Assembly (NCBI GenBank): GCA_951406725.2
Contig: OX597822.1
Coordinates: 37,448,001 to 37,512,000, forward strand
Origin: Octopus vulgaris
Lineage: Eukaryota
Length of the DNA: 64,000 nucleotides
Direction: 5' to 3'
Both the position numbers and the translations under genes were made by a program. The notes beneath the pieces were generated by a model. It did no database searches and had not been told where the DNA came from. It worked only from the letters and a program-made list of their open reading frames with translations. Within the stretch, counting starts at the first letter, position 1; each line of letters starts with the position of its first letter. Shown here one piece after another: positions 1 through 14,895 of this stretch.

Positions 1-285
1 TACAGTCAACTAGAGAGAAAGATAGGAGATAAAGAAAGTATGGTGTTAGGGTCTGTAGCAAAATAGAATGGCTATAGCAAGGTTTGAGCTCTTGTTCTTA
101 TTCAATAAATAGTTCAGCACCTCAGCTTTATTATCACTGTATCTGTATTCAACAATTTTGTGAAGTTAATGTGAACCTCCCACCCCTAGTATTTAGTTCA
201 AGTTATCAAGCCCCTCAGTGTTTTTATTTAGACACAAAAATGTACATGCAAACGTACATACATCTATACAAACCTACATACATGC

Positions 286-581
286 ATCCAGCCATCCTCA
301 TGAGAACAGATTGCCATGGGTAGGACAGCCTGGAGGACTGCTATCCACAATGGAGCCAATTCCTTTGAGCAGAGCAGACAACAGAATGTGAAAGTAAAAT
401 GCAGGAGAAGAAAGGAGCATCTTTAACATCCTTGACCTGCACCAACCATCCTGTGCGAATTTTGACCACGATTCTTTCGCCATCGACTTGGACTCCAAAG
501 TTACATTCAGCACAAACATCAGCTAAAGAGACTGGATGGAAATTGATGAACCCAATGCTCAGATATGAGCTGGAGCTGACG
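286..581 (+). mobile_element. 5'-truncated RTE-clade LINE (C-terminus of ORF plus 3' UTR), decayed
   Basis: Frame +1 from 286 reads IQPSS*EQIAMGRTAWRTAIHNGANSFEQSRQQNVKVKCRRRKEHL*HP*PAPTILCEF*PRFFRHRLGLQSYIQHKH, which fits the RTE C-terminal WE..A.DR..WR..I..GA..FE..R pattern with a terminal C2H2-like finger. Flanked by the 12-bp direct repeat ACATACATGCAT (276-287, 582-593). Confidence 0.75.
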
Positions 582-1089
582 ACATACATGCATATATACA
601 TTCATTCTCAGTTGATCTTCGTCTGGTGACACTGATAGTTTCTGTTTCACAGAAGAGGTCCAATAAGGCTGAAACATATCTGGAGTTCTCACTGTACTGC
701 CAAGATCTGAATCACTTCACAGAGCATTGCCCACATTTTAATTAAAATTCCAATGTTGTTTTCATTACCTTTAATGATGAAAATCAATCATTAGGATAAT
801 TCTTTCTCCTTATTAAGTGTGTAATTTGAATTAAAATGTCTTGGTTCACTATGCTATGTATATTAACACTGACTTCACTATTTGGTTTCCATGCAGGGAA
901 TGTCCTTAGATAGTATATCATCACTCTTATGTTGATACTCTGACTATACTTGTTGTATATTGTTATCAGTCTGTACTATATCTATACTATGTTGTTTTAT
1001 AACTAAATAGAATGTTTGATTTCTTTCCTGTGGGGCTAAGTGTGAATGTCTTAAACGAAATAAAAAAATTAACACTGATAGTATCTTTC

Positions 1090-1225
1090 AGGTGTTAGGG
1101 AGGGCATGAAAACCATGCCAAATCTGACGGTGGAGCTTGGTACAGCCCTCTGGCTTGCCAGCTCCTGTCAAACCAGCCAGCCCATGCCAATATGGTAAAC
1201 AGGTGTTATATGATGATGCTGATGT
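1090..1225 (+). mobile_element. 3' UTR fragment of the RTE LINE family seen at 34894-36592
   Basis: Similar to 36445-36590 (gtgttagg..gggcat...ccatgcc...catgg..aac..gttaa..gatgatg tail). Confidence 0.6.
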
Positions 1226-2618
1226 AGCATGTTTGCTAAGATTCATATTATAATTTTGTCTTAACATAAGGTTTGTCTTTCATCAACAAAACAAGTACCA
1301 TGTTTACTAAAATATTTTTTGATCTCCTTTATTGCATTACCTCATTACTTGCTACTGTCAGAGATTAAATAGTGGTTGATAGTGTTCAGCTTATTCTATC
1401 AGGGTTAAGCCATTCTGCACTCTTTATAGAGTTATTGAAGAATATCCACTGCTGATAGTCTTGGATTTATCTTAGGAGCATCTTTATCCATGTTCTAAAA
1501 TACTGTGCATGTGTTTGTATATATGTTTGTATGAAAAAATTTATTGGAGTTGATGTTTAACCTTATTGTTTCCACTCTGTGGCTATTGTTTGGATTCTCA
1601 CAGGCTACAAACACACACATGCATGAAAATATGTTTGTGCTTTCTCACACATGCAAGAAATAGTGTGAGCTTAGAATATTGATGTAAATATGCCTATATA
1701 TAACTATTAATATATATCTACATCATCCCCTACCTCACACCAGATAGAAATGCTCCTTGGTAAATGTAATAAACCATATAGCTTATATTGGAGATGATCT
1801 TTCAGTGGTTGATGGTTTGGTATATAGTGGTGGTTGGTGTAACTAGGCTATGTGTGAGATGTGGTGGTGGTGTAGTTGGGTGTGTGAAAAAGTCGTTGGT
1901 GAATACAATTGGTTTCTTCAAATAAACAGATGTTTGCTGGGAATTTTTCAATGTCCTCATTAGCATACTGCCTGCCCTTGTTGATCTACCATCCCTTAAT
2001 GGATTATTTTTCACCCTCCATCCTGACTCATCTGCCCCTGGTGTTACTGAGTACCACCAACCTTGCTTTGGTGCTTTAAGTAGCAGTCACTATGGTTCCG
2101 CTGGGTGGTGTTGATGTCATGTGTCAATGAACACCTGTTTTTACAACTTGTTACCAGGGAGCCTTTACATAGTCACTCAACCTACAAAAATAACAGCCAA
2201 ATCTCTGAAATAACAACCTACTGTCACAGCTGTAATTCATGCTGGATCTGGACTAAACAACAACAAAAATGGATGCATTGGATATAGTAACTGAAGGTGG
2301 TTATGGCTGGGCTTCATATGATGATGACTGTACTGAAACAGGGTTAGCTTATGGCTAAAGAACTGTAATGGATGTTTTTTTGGATCTTGTTGACAGTTTT
2401 CTTCTATATATTTCTCTCAATATAATCTCTCAATGAAATCACATCCTATATGTGTGTGTGTGAGAGAGAGAGCGAGAGAAATTATGACGTACACAAGTTT
2501 ATCTTATTTGTTCCCTACAAACGTTTCACCATTGTGGTTATTTGCAACCTCTGCAGTACAGTAATAATCATACCCCTTAGCTGAAAGTAGACTGGATGAT
2601 GATACTCTATGTTGAGCT

Positions 2619-2848
2619 CTAACCCTTTCATTACTATATTTATTTTGAGATGCTCTGTGTTTCTTTCAGTTAATTTTAAATATAACAAAGAATTTAGTAA
2701 AATAACTTAGTTATCGTTAAGCTAGTGTTAGGAACATGAATTGTGGCTAAGGTTTGGTAGAAGATTTTAATTCAGAACTTATGAAAGCAAGACATTTGTA
2801 CTACAGAGCCAGAGGCAGTTTCAGCCAGGTTGGTACTGAAAGAGTTAA
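2619..2848. mobile_element. piggyBac-like MITE (family 1)
   Basis: Ends (c)TAACCCTTTCATTACTA and TGGTACTGAAAGAGTTAA are imperfect inverted repeats with a TTAA-type site. Confidence 0.6.
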
Positions 2849-2886
2849 ACTCGCCAGTCGCAGTTGTACATTGAGTGATATGCAAA

Positions 2887-2923
<37 letters not shown>

Positions 2924-4899
2924 ATATAGTTTATTTTTAACATTGGCATAAGGCCACACATTTTTGTGGCAAGGTACAGTATTTGGCCAGTTCTATATTT
3001 GATCAACCCCAGCAAGATTTGAATGCAGAATGTAAAGGAATGTTAGTAAATACTGCGAAATAATTTCTTGATTGTGCTATTCACTGCTACTAATATTGTG
3101 GAATAGCTATAACAAAATATTGAAATGGATTGAATAAGTGTGGGGCATTGAAAAAGAGTTGTGTGTGATGTAGAATATTTGAAGGGTCACATGTGTTTTG
3201 GGGACAATAAATATTGAAAAGATTTTCAGAAGAATGCACTTTTGTAGAGTATAGCTTGTTCAGTATATTTAGTATGGGTATTAATGTTGTTTTGAACTAC
3301 AGTCCAACCCATAAGTGGACCTGTGATTGAACTTGCTTGAGCTGTGACCACCTTGTCTTTTTTTAAGACTGTCTTGAACAGGAAAGGTCAATGTCCTTAG
3401 TTAAGAGGTGCCCTCTTGAAGATGAATAACTGTGGTGAAATAAGGAGGAATGGAAAAGTACATTGCATGGGCTTGGGTAGGGTGAAGTGTAGTGTTGTTA
3501 GGTTCAAAGAAACAGAGGTCATTAGAGGGCAGTGAAAAAGACCAAGTTAGGACACACTTTGATTGTGGGTCAATAATTGGTGCACGTTAGTTAATTAAAA
3601 GGAGACAGAGATGTGTTAGTATTTGCAAATACAAGAGAGGAACATCTTGATTTTAGGCCAGTGCCTTTGGAGTGTGTGTGGGAGAATCTTGGCAGTCTTT
3701 AGATGTGATCTAGCTGTGTGTATGTAGAAACAGCACTATCCACCATGTGTAAAATATACTATATGATATGTATTGGGGGGTTTTATGAAATGATTAGCAG
3801 CTGTTTTTACTCTGAAGAAAGCTAAAATGGAGCCAGGAAGATTACTTGAACAAAATAAATTTTCTTTCTGAAGCAAGTCACATTACAAGGTCAAAAGCTG
3901 TCATAAGACGCTGTTGGGTGTCGTCACTGTGATAGAATAGGTTGGGTTTGAGGGTAAGCTTCTTTCAAGATAGTCTTGCAGTGCACCCATTTCCTATGGT
4001 AACTTCCGATAAGACAATGTACCTCATTACCTCCTTCCTACATTTAAAACAGTCCTAACATATCCTTGGAGGGAGGTTTTTATTTATTTTGTATTTTACT
4101 TCATCTTTCTATTTTGATAGTTTAGATTCTCCTCATCTTACTTTACTCCATTATCTGGTATAGAGGAGGTCTTTATTTAAAGGCCAACTCTTTTATGCTA
4201 GTGCTTAGGGCACCCACAACTTGGGTTACTATAATAGAAGCTCTAACAACTTAATAAGTTGGTGACCCTTTACATAGCTGATATGTAACCCACAGTTATC
4301 TGAGAAGGGGCTGTTGCCTATACATTCACAATCTCTTTTGAGATCTCATCTAAATTAAGGTCATCCACCACCACACTGGCAAATATTTACTTACCAACAT
4401 GTAATCTCTAGGTCGGTGTTTCTCGTAATGGGGAGGCGGTAAGGGCACCCCACCCACTGCAGTGGAGCCTGTGAAGATGGAAAAGAGGGCAGGGAAATTG
4501 CCATATTTAATAAATTAAGATGGTTTTAAACTTGTCCAACACAATGAAGAAGAAGAATTATATAGATGGAATGTATAATCGGTCTTCTCGTTAATAAAAA
4601 GTATCACTACTACTGGGAGGTGGGGGCTGGTATTTTTCAATTTCTCTTCCACACCTACTACAATGACTTCTGCTCTGTTCAGCTAACAAGCTGAATACCA
4701 CCATCATCAAGACTATTCAAATACTCTTGCCTCTCTTCATGTTTGTCTTACTTGATGAATCCCCAACCAAATCTAATCCATTCCAAAAATAGAGCTCTCT
4801 GGAACTTCTCTACCTACATTTTTTTTCTAATGGCCATTAACTAAGATAAGCTGAAGCTGTATATTGATCAATATTTTTCTCATTAAATAATAATAAAAA

Positions 4900-5097
4900 T
4901 GATTTCAAATTTTGGTACAAGGCCAACAATTTTGGGGGAGGGGTCAAGTCGATTACATTGACTCCAGTACTTGACTGGTACTTTAAAAAGATGAAAGGCA
5001 AAGTTGACTTTGGTGGAATTTGAACTCATAATGTAAATAGCTGAAAGAAATATTGCTAAACATTTTGTCTGGCTAATGATTCTGCTAGATCACTGCC

Positions 5098-5130
<33 letters not shown>

Positions 5131-5447
5131 CCTTTCTTTATTAGCCACAAGGGCCGACAAAAATAAGATTGGACATTACAAAACATGAAGGACAAAGTGG
5201 GGTTACATAAAGTGTTGTGTAAAAAGTTAATAACAATGAAAAATATAACAAAGAAAATGCCTAAAAGAGGTAAGCAACACTGGGCTACTCATGGAGGCCC
5301 CATGAAAAATCCATGAGCACTATGACCACTAGGGCAACAGTGAACACATCCTACATGTGACAGCAGGTGTTCGATATAAAATAAACCCATATATCAGATA
5401 TGCTCAGGCACTGGATGAGTGCATGCAGAACAGTTTCATCACTCTGT

Positions 5448-5501
<54 letters not shown>

Positions 5502-6006
5502 ATAATAATAATAATGGTTTCAAACTGTGACATAAGGACAGCAATTTTGAAGGGAGAGCATTAGTTGATATCATGAAACCCAGTACTAGATTGGTACTTT
5601 ATTTTATGGACTCCAGAGGGATAAAAGGCAAAGTTGATCTCGGGAATTGAATGCAGAATCTAAAGATTCAAAAACAAATACTGCAAAGCATTTTGTTGAA
5701 CACTAATGATTCTGTAAATCCACCAACCCTTTCTGCTAACGAGTTTGCCATCTCACCGCGTTAATAATAATGATAATAATAATAATAATAATCCTTTCTA
5801 CTAGAAGCACAAGGCCTCAAATTTTTGGGGAAGTGATTAAGTCAATTACATCGATCCCAGTACTTGACTGCTACTTAATTTATCGGCCCTGAAAGGATGA
5901 AAGGCAAAATCTACCTTGGCGGAATTTGAACTCATAAAGAAGCGACAGATGAAATACTGCTAAGCATTTCACCTGGCGTGCCAGCGATTCTGCCTGCTCG
6001 CTGCCT
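4900..6006 (-). mobile_element. Array of three tRNA-derived SINEs (family A) separated by (AAT)n/(GTA)n tracts
   Basis: Copies at about 4900-5100, 5515-5760 and 5792-6006 share gatgaaaggcaaagtYgac...ggaatttgaactc, the reverse complement of a B-box plus conserved core. Confidence 0.8.
5131..5350 (-). mobile_element. Probable LINE (L1/Tx1-like) 3' UTR fragment
   Basis: Minus strand ends in ...ccttgtggctAATAAAgaaagg(att)n. A related end is at 47705-47800, and the same tail type is on the SINE at 34296. Confidence 0.4.
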
Positions 6007-6564
6007 TAATAATAAATGATTTCTAACACAGGTACAAGGCCATCCGTTTTGTTTCAATTACTTGAGCTTCGATGATGTTTGAAAATAATTTGTAAAATGC
6101 ATAACTTGGTTACAATTAAGCCAATGTTTAGAACATACCTTAAACAAGAGGTTGTGTCATAAAATTGTTATGAGACAACTAGGAATTCTCTGTGTGCTAG
6201 AAATAGCAATCAATAGACAATGTGGTTCAAATTACTGATGGGATGGTTATGTCTGGAACACATTGGATCTGTTCAATTAGGGCTTGCCTGGAGCTTAATA
6301 ACAACATCAGTAGCATAAAATTAGGATGGAAGGTTTTAATTAAAGTAGAAATATCTCTAACATCTGGTAGAAGCAGAGGTGCACTTGAGGGGGGCTGGTT
6401 TGGAAAGAGTTAAGTGGAGTATGTTGAGGGAGGTGGCTGAGCAAGTTTAGGTAATGTCATTGGTAGCTCAGATTACTATGTCTGGTCTGGTTTCCTTCAG
6501 TGCTTTTGTATGCCTCATTGAAGAAATGAGAAAATTATGTTGTGTGTGAATCTGAAAGTTGGTT

Positions 6565-7846
<1,282 letters not shown>

Positions 7847-8050
7847 CTTGCCTGGCACCTGTGCAGGTGGCACGTAAAAAGCACCCACTACACTCACGGA
7901 GTGGTTGGCGTTAGGAAGGGCATCCAGCTGTAGAAACATTGCCAGATAAGACTGGAGCCTGGTGCAGCCTTCTGGCTTCCCAGATCCCCGGTCGAACCGT
8001 CCAACCCATGCTAACATGGAGAACGGACGTTAAACGATGATGATGATGAT
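7847..8050 (+). mobile_element. RTE 3' UTR fragment with (GAT)n tail
   Basis: High similarity to 36350-36590. Confidence 0.8.
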
Positions 8051-8098
8051 ATATGGCAGGCTTCTTTCAGTTACTGTCTACCAAATCCACTCACAAAG

Positions 8099-9202
8099 TA
8101 ATCTAAATTTACGAATACAATTTGGTGGTGTTTACTGCACATCGTGGATGCTTTATTTATGAATGCAGTTTGCAATAAGACATGGTAAAATAAAACCCTT
8201 TTTTTAAGCTTAAAAAACCAAATTCAGTAATTATTATTTTTCAATAGTAAAAAAAGAAACTAAATTATTTTGAATTTACCAGTACATACAATTTGGTGGC
8301 TTACATCTCGGATGTAGATGGCTGTGGATTGTCAACATCAACAGCTGACTTGGGCTGTTCTTGTTGTTCGATGCACTTAAATAACTAGTTGAGAGTTCCT
8401 TGACCTATCAGTCTTCTTTTCCTCAAGGATTACATTATAAGGAGCAAAAGCTTTGTGACAGGTCCCTATAATCTTGGAAAAGCATTGAGCATTTGGATCC
8501 ATGTTCTTGAACATAGAAAGACCTTTTTCGATATATGCAAATGCTTGCTGCATTTTCTTAATGGTAAAGTGACGTGGCTCAGGTTCAACTTCCTCTCCTT
8601 CTTTATTTTGCTGCTCGTGAAGCTCTACCAAATCCTTGTTTGTTAGGATCTTGTCTTTTTCAAATAATTCTATGAAATCCTCCTCCTCCAAATCCATTTC
8701 CAGTTCTTTGCTCTTAGTCACCAACATCTTGTTGATGGCAACATTATTAAACTCCTTAAAATCGTTCACGAATTGCGGGCATAACTTCTTCCATACACCA
8801 TTCATAGCCATGCTCTGTACATCATTCCATGCTGCTGCTATGTTCTGTACAGCCTTGTAGATATCGCATCTCTTCCAAAAGTCATGAAGTGTGATGGACT
8901 CATCAAGATCAGTTGCAGCTATTGCTTGCTGCAGCCTATGCTTCATATAGTATCTCTTGAAGACAGCAATTATTCCCTGATCCATTGGCTGCATGCTTTT
9001 ATTCTTATTTATTGTACAGTAACATGGTTTTATGTGCTTTTAATGGTTTCCTAGTGATTTTTATGATTCCAATATTTGTAGCGGACAAATGTAAAGTCGA
9101 GGAAAATGATTTAGCTTGATTTTTATTTTTCCATATATTTTGAAAACTGACATATAATCAAGAATGACTTAAATCGAAGCGACTTAAGCTGAGGTATGCT
9201 TG
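8099..9202 (-). mobile_element. pogo/Tigger-family DNA transposon remnant
   Basis: Contains the transposase fragment at 8377-8994. The right end ...cgacttaagctGAGGTATGCTTG-TA resembles the Tigger TIR (CAGGCATACCTC) with a TA target. Confidence 0.75.
8377..8994 (-). pseudogene. C-terminal half of a Tigger/pogo (CENP-B-related DDE_1) transposase
   Basis: QPMDQGIIAVFKRYY motif, followed by FWK..DI..AV.NIAAAW..V..MNGVWKKLCP, typical of Tigger transposases. The N-terminal HTH and first catalytic Asps are missing. Confidence 0.9.
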
Positions 9203-9658
9203 TATATATGACTAGCTTCTTTCAGTATGTGTCTACCTAATCCGCTCACAAAGCTTCGGTGTGCTTGGGAGTGTAGTAGAAGACATTTGCCCAAGGTTCC
9301 ACACAGTGGGATTAAGCCCAGAATCATATGGTTGGGGAGTAAATTTGTCTCTCAGTACTTAACAACTAGTATAAGTTTATGCCCCATAACCTAGCAGTTG
9401 ACAGTAAGTATCAGACTTAAGTACCTGGATCAATTTTACTTAAATATCTTTTCAAGGTGGTGCTCCAGTGTGGCTGCAGTCCAATAACTAATAAAAAAAA
9501 ATATTGATGTTTTTGCTATTAAGAGATTTTCCATTTTCGAAATAGCTTGTCAGCCAAGATTTCTACTCAACTGTCTGTCCATGAAGTGAGTTATTCCATG
9601 CCAGACCCCATCTTGGTATTTACCTCTCTGTGGCGTGTGTGTATGTCTGTGTATATAT

Positions 9659-9696
<38 letters not shown>

Positions 9697-10194
9697 CAAT
9701 AGACATGTGCACACAAACATATGACTACACATAGAAAAGTGTGTGTGTGTGCATATGTGGTTTATTCAACTTGTATTGAAGGCCAGATTGTTTCTTAAAA
9801 TACTGTTGTACCCTACTGACAGTTCTGTGATTCTTTAACTCATGATCCACTAAACTTTGTGAAGACATCTGTGTGTTGTTGTTATTGTTGATGATGTAGC
9901 TATAGTTCATAGACAAGATCTTTGATATGGAACAATCCACCATTCTCAAAATGTTGGTAAAATGTTAAAATAACATGGAAATACAATACTCATGTTAAAA
10001 CGTACACAGCACACGTTCTTTGCCTTAGTTTGTTACATTGACTTGCTGGAAATAGCAGCCAGATCTTCTTCATATTATATGCTACTATTTTTAAATGATT
10101 GTGGCTGTATTGCCCTTCATTTTAGACTGCTTGATTAGGTTCAACCTGGTGTTAAACAGTAATTGCACATTCACATACATACAAACACATGCGG

Positions 10195-10730
10195 GTTGGT
10201 TGGTGTTAGGAAGGACACCCAGCCATAAAAACCATGCCAAAATAGACACAGAAGTCTGGTGCAGTCTTCTGCCTAGCCAGCTCCTGTCAAACTGTCCAAC
10301 CCATGCTAGCCATGGAAAGCAGATGTTAAATGATGATAATGATAATAATGACACACACACACACACTCGCATATGTGTGTGTGTGTGTATATATATATGA
10401 CAGTACTGCCTGATTGGCATGTAAAAAGCACCATTCGAGTGTGGTCGATGCCAGTGCCGGCTGACTGGCTCCCGTGCCGGTGGCAGGCACATAAAAAGCA
10501 CCATTCAAGCGTGGCTGATGCCAGTACTGCCTGACTGGCCCTTGTGCTGGTGGCACGTAAAAAGCACCCATTACGCTTGGAGTGGTTGGCATAAGGAAGG
10601 GCACCCAGCTGTAGAAACATTGCCAGATCGGATTGGAGCCTTGTGCAACCTCTTGGCTCGCCAGCCCTCAGTCAAACTGTCCAACCTATGCCAGCATGGA
10701 AAGTGGATGTTAAACGACTATGATGATGAT
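10195..10730 (+). mobile_element. Two tandem RTE 3' UTR fragments with (GAT)n tails
   Basis: Similar to 36350-36590; internal repeats of ggtggcacRtaaaaagcacc. Confidence 0.75.
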
Positions 10731-11639
10731 ATATACACACACACAATCATAGACACATTCATACTTGTGCACTTATACATATAGACACCTTCATAGATGC
10801 GTGCGCGCACACACACATGAAACATAATAAGTAACAGGGTAACTTTAGTGGCATTTGTCTTCCACTGCAGGTGCAGGTGTCCAATGACTCCAAAATTTGT
10901 TCTAGCCTATAATACCTGCTGATTAAGGCAGTGGGGAGGCATTTTGATATCACCACACCCTGGGCACTGAGAACACTTGTTACACCACCGACACACACAC
11001 ACACACACACGCACACAGATACATAGGCACACATGCAAATATAAGTACATATATACATATATCTCTCGATACACATGCACATATAAGTGAAGATGAACTG
11101 TTCCTTTTATGTTTCTAGTTTATTTGCTTGGTTGTTGTGGTATCTGTGATGACTGACCAGGGCCCACTGTGAGTGATATCAACACTGACAGACTGGATAG
11201 CCATAACTGTGAGTGGTCAGCCATGTCTTTTGGGGTAGCAAACTACATCATGCTCATGGATCAATGTGGCAGTGTTCAAAGCACCTTATTCTAGCAGAGC
11301 ACTTTGATGGGGTTTGTGGTGACTTTTTCTAGTCTTTTAATGAATATTACATGCTTTGAGGTGAAGGTGTGTGGCCTAGTGCTTAGGGCATTGCACTCAT
11401 GATTGCTAGATTGTGAGTTCAATTCCTGGACAGTACGTTGTGTTTTTGAGCAAAATACTTCATTTCACGTCACTCTACTGGTGGCAGAAACATTGGCATG
11501 TTGACAGAAATGCTTTATGGTATATCTTCCAGCTCTCTATATTCTGAGTTCAAATCCCACATGCATGGAGAAGGCAATGGGAAACCACTCCAGTATTCAT
11601 CTCATATCTATTCATGATAGCTGAAGTTAATCTATTTAA

Positions 11640-12200
11640 TGGTAGGAAGGGAGGATATGGGCCCTTCCAGGTTGTATAGAAAGTGTTAGTGAAGGTTCAC
11701 ATACACAGAACCTGGCCAAGAGTAGACCATCACTAGACTAAACCTGCTTTAAAGTTGGATTTCAAGATACTCTTATACCTCTTAGATTGGCTCACTTGTG
11801 TATTCTGGTTGGTAGATTTTACTATTTGGTCCTCCATTTGAACAGCATGTACCCCTACCAAAGGATAGCCCTTCTTGAGAAGACTTTAGGTCCCTTCAGT
11901 TTTGCTCTATTTATTGCAGTTGTATTATATACCTTCTCCTTCCATAAGATGCTGCAGGCTCTCTGGAAGCAGCTCAAGTAAAACTGGTCTAACTTTTCAA
12001 ATGTTTGCAATATAATGTCCAGGTTACACTCCTGTGTAGAAACCTGTGCAATATACACTAATTTTGGTTGATTCTGTGGTTTGACCAAAGTTTACTATGC
12101 AACCTTCCAATCGTGATGTTTTCTTTCTCAGTCCATGCCAAGATTTGCACAGGTATTCCTTTTTTTTCTTGTTTTTGGGAAGATGATGGGTGTAATGAGG
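11640..12200 (-). mobile_element. Highly decayed RTE LINE C-terminal fragment
   Basis: Minus frame LDQFYLSCFQRACSILWKEKVYNTTAINRAKL...LW*G then (frameshift) HAVQMED, matching the RTE L.QFH.RCLR.IL.I.W.DKV.N.EVL.RA...LRW.GH..RM pattern. Confidence 0.55.
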
Positions 12201-12919
12201 GAATTTGGCTGCTACTTTGTACAATCAAATCAACTATATAGAGCAGAGATGAAGATACTTTTTAGTACGAGGGGTAAATTGCAGGCATATAAGAACCAGC
12301 TTGTTCTCATATAGGATTTTCAAGATTTAGTAGAGGGCAGTTTTAAAAGTGAATGCAGGCAAGGGTTTTCTGACATAGGGGCTAATGCCTCACCAGTACA
12401 GTGAGGGGGTATGTTGGGTCTTCCTACAAACCCATATCCAAGAGAATGTAATTTTTTATTATTGCTGAGGATGATGATGATGTTTACGAGTTTAAGCTTT
12501 TTTAACAGTTTACAAAAATAAATAACCTCAGTTAGTTACACAATAAACAAGTCAGAATTAACATATTTGATTTAATGAACACCAAAGATCAAATTAGAAA
12601 TAATTATAAGGCAAAGAAAAAACAAGGGCTCAGCAACTATTGTTATTTTAATCATTTCTGTGTATGAGTTAACTCTGTAGATGTTTTGGTCTTCTATATA
12701 TTTCTTTGTCTTGTGTTAGTTTTAGTTATAGGACTAAGGCCATGCGGTGGCACTGCCATTATAAGTTTTAGTTATCATATCAACCCTAATTCTGATTTCA
12801 GTCTGGGACTCTTTTTTTTTTTTTATCAATCTATATTTGTTGTTTTAATGCAATACAACTTTTACACGGGTTAACATAACTATAGACACACTCCTGCTCA
12901 CACAGACATGTATGGCACA

Positions 12920-13542
12920 GGTGGGCACAGATACTCCCAATGGTTAAGAGGCTTGCTCTGCAACCATTTTACTTTAGGTTCAGTCCTATTGCATAACACT
13001 CTGGGTAGGTGTCTTCTTTGGTAACCCAACCAACCATTGCATTGTGAGTGAATTTGGTAGACAGGAATTGTGTGAGGTCTGTGTTTGTCTTGCCTCCTCA
13101 TCACTTGACAGCCAGTGTTGGTTTGTTTATGTCCGTGCAACTTGGTGGTTCGTCAAAAAAAAAAAAATTGATGGACTTAAAGTATCTGACTTAAAAATAA
13201 ATACTAGGGTTGTGCTATTTGACTAAAATGCTTCAAGGTGGTGCCCCAGCATGGTTATAATGATGGAGACAAATACTGTGTGTGTGTGTGTGTGTTTATA
13301 TATATATTCTCTTTTCTTTTTTTTCTCTACTTGTTTTAGTCATTTGGCTGTGGCCATGTTGGAGCACTGCCTTTAGTCAAGAAATCGACCCCAAGACTAG
13401 TACTTATTTTATTGGTCTCTTTTGCCGAACTGCTAAGTTACAGGGACATAGACACACCAACATCATTTGTCAAGCAATGGTGAGGGGATGGGGACAAACA
13501 TACCCACACACAAATATATACATATGTGTGTGTGTATGTATA

Positions 13543-13584
<42 letters not shown>

Positions 13585-13737
13585 ACAGGCTTCTTTCAGT
13601 TTCCATCTACCAAATCCACTCAAAAGGCTTTGGTCAGCCTGAGATTATAGTAGCACACACAAAGTGCCACACAGTGGGACTGAACCCGGAACTATGTGGT
13701 TGGGAAGCAAGCTTCTTACCACACAGCCACTCCCACG

Positions 13738-13780
<43 letters not shown>

Positions 13781-14090
13781 TTATAAAATCATCATCATCC
13801 TAGGTTCAATCCTATTGTGTGGCACCTTGGGCCAATGTCTTCTACTATAGCCCTGGTAGATGAAAATTGAAAGATGCTGTTGTATATATATATATGTGTG
13901 TGTGTATGTGTGTCTTTGTGTATGTTCACACCACTGCTTGGTGTAGTTATGTCCCCGGAACTTAGCAGCTTGGCAAACGCGACTGATAGAATAAGTATCA
14001 CGCTTCAAAAAAAAAAAAAAAAGAACTGGGGTTGATTCACTCGACTAAGAAAGAATTCTTCAAGTGACTGAAACAAGTAAAAGATAAAAG
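12920..14090. mobile_element. Three family B tRNA-derived SINEs (+ 12920-13270, - 13325-13740, + 13800-14090)
   Basis: Head gtggctgtgtggtaagaagcttgcttcccaacca...gggttcagtccc (A/B boxes), CORE-like accttgggcaagtgtctt, internal (CA/TA)n, tail ...gactgaaacaagtaaaaga. Confidence 0.8.
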
Positions 14091-14479
14091 ATACATACAT
14101 ACATGAATGTGTGTGTTACACATGCATGAGCACATATATGCTCTTACACATACATGTTTGTGAGGAGGAGATGGTCTGTGTGTGTGTGTGTGTGTGTATG
14201 GGTGAGTGCATGTGTATAACTTGAGAAACTGTTTGCGAGCTATTTTATACACTACTTGGTACCACTACACTTGCTGCTGCTGCTGCTACTACTACTCTTA
14301 CTGCTGCTACTACTACTATTACTACTACTTCTACTACCGCTGCTGCTGCTGCTGTTACTTCTGACATTTGATACGTCTCTGCCACTTCTCTATCTGTTTA
14401 GATATCTGCACAAGTCTACTTAGATCTGGCTGTGCACTTTATCAAATCTGTTGCCATTCACAGGGACATTGTCTTCAGT

Positions 14480-14493
14480 GTTGCCATAGAAAC
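14480..14493. promoter_or_regulatory. Candidate RFX X-box
   Basis: GTTGCCATAGAAAC fits GTNRCC-AT-RGNAAC, in non-repetitive sequence. Confidence 0.35.
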
Positions 14494-14858
14494 TGACACA
14501 GTTTGGATTATTTTAGTCACCCAGTACATGGTGGTTAGATGGGAGGGGAGAGGGAAACCTCTCCACCCACTGCGCCGCGCTTTGTTATGTACAAATATGC
14601 TTATGTATGTGATATAGATATTATTCATGAAGTTAACTAACATTAACTCTCACTATAGTAAATGTTCATTGTTATTCTTAAACATGCTTTAAAATAATAA
14701 ACACATTCTTATATTTGCACACGCACATATATGCACACACACACACACACACATATATATACATACACACATGTGTGTATGTACGTGTGTATATCTTATG
14801 TGAGCATATATATAAACACATACACAGATGTGTGCACACACATAAATGTGTGTGTACG

Positions 14859-14895
<37 letters not shown>

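Noticed and set aside
2515-2560. GAAACGTTTGTA hammerhead half on the minus strand
   Set aside because: No CUGANGA partner at a suitable distance.
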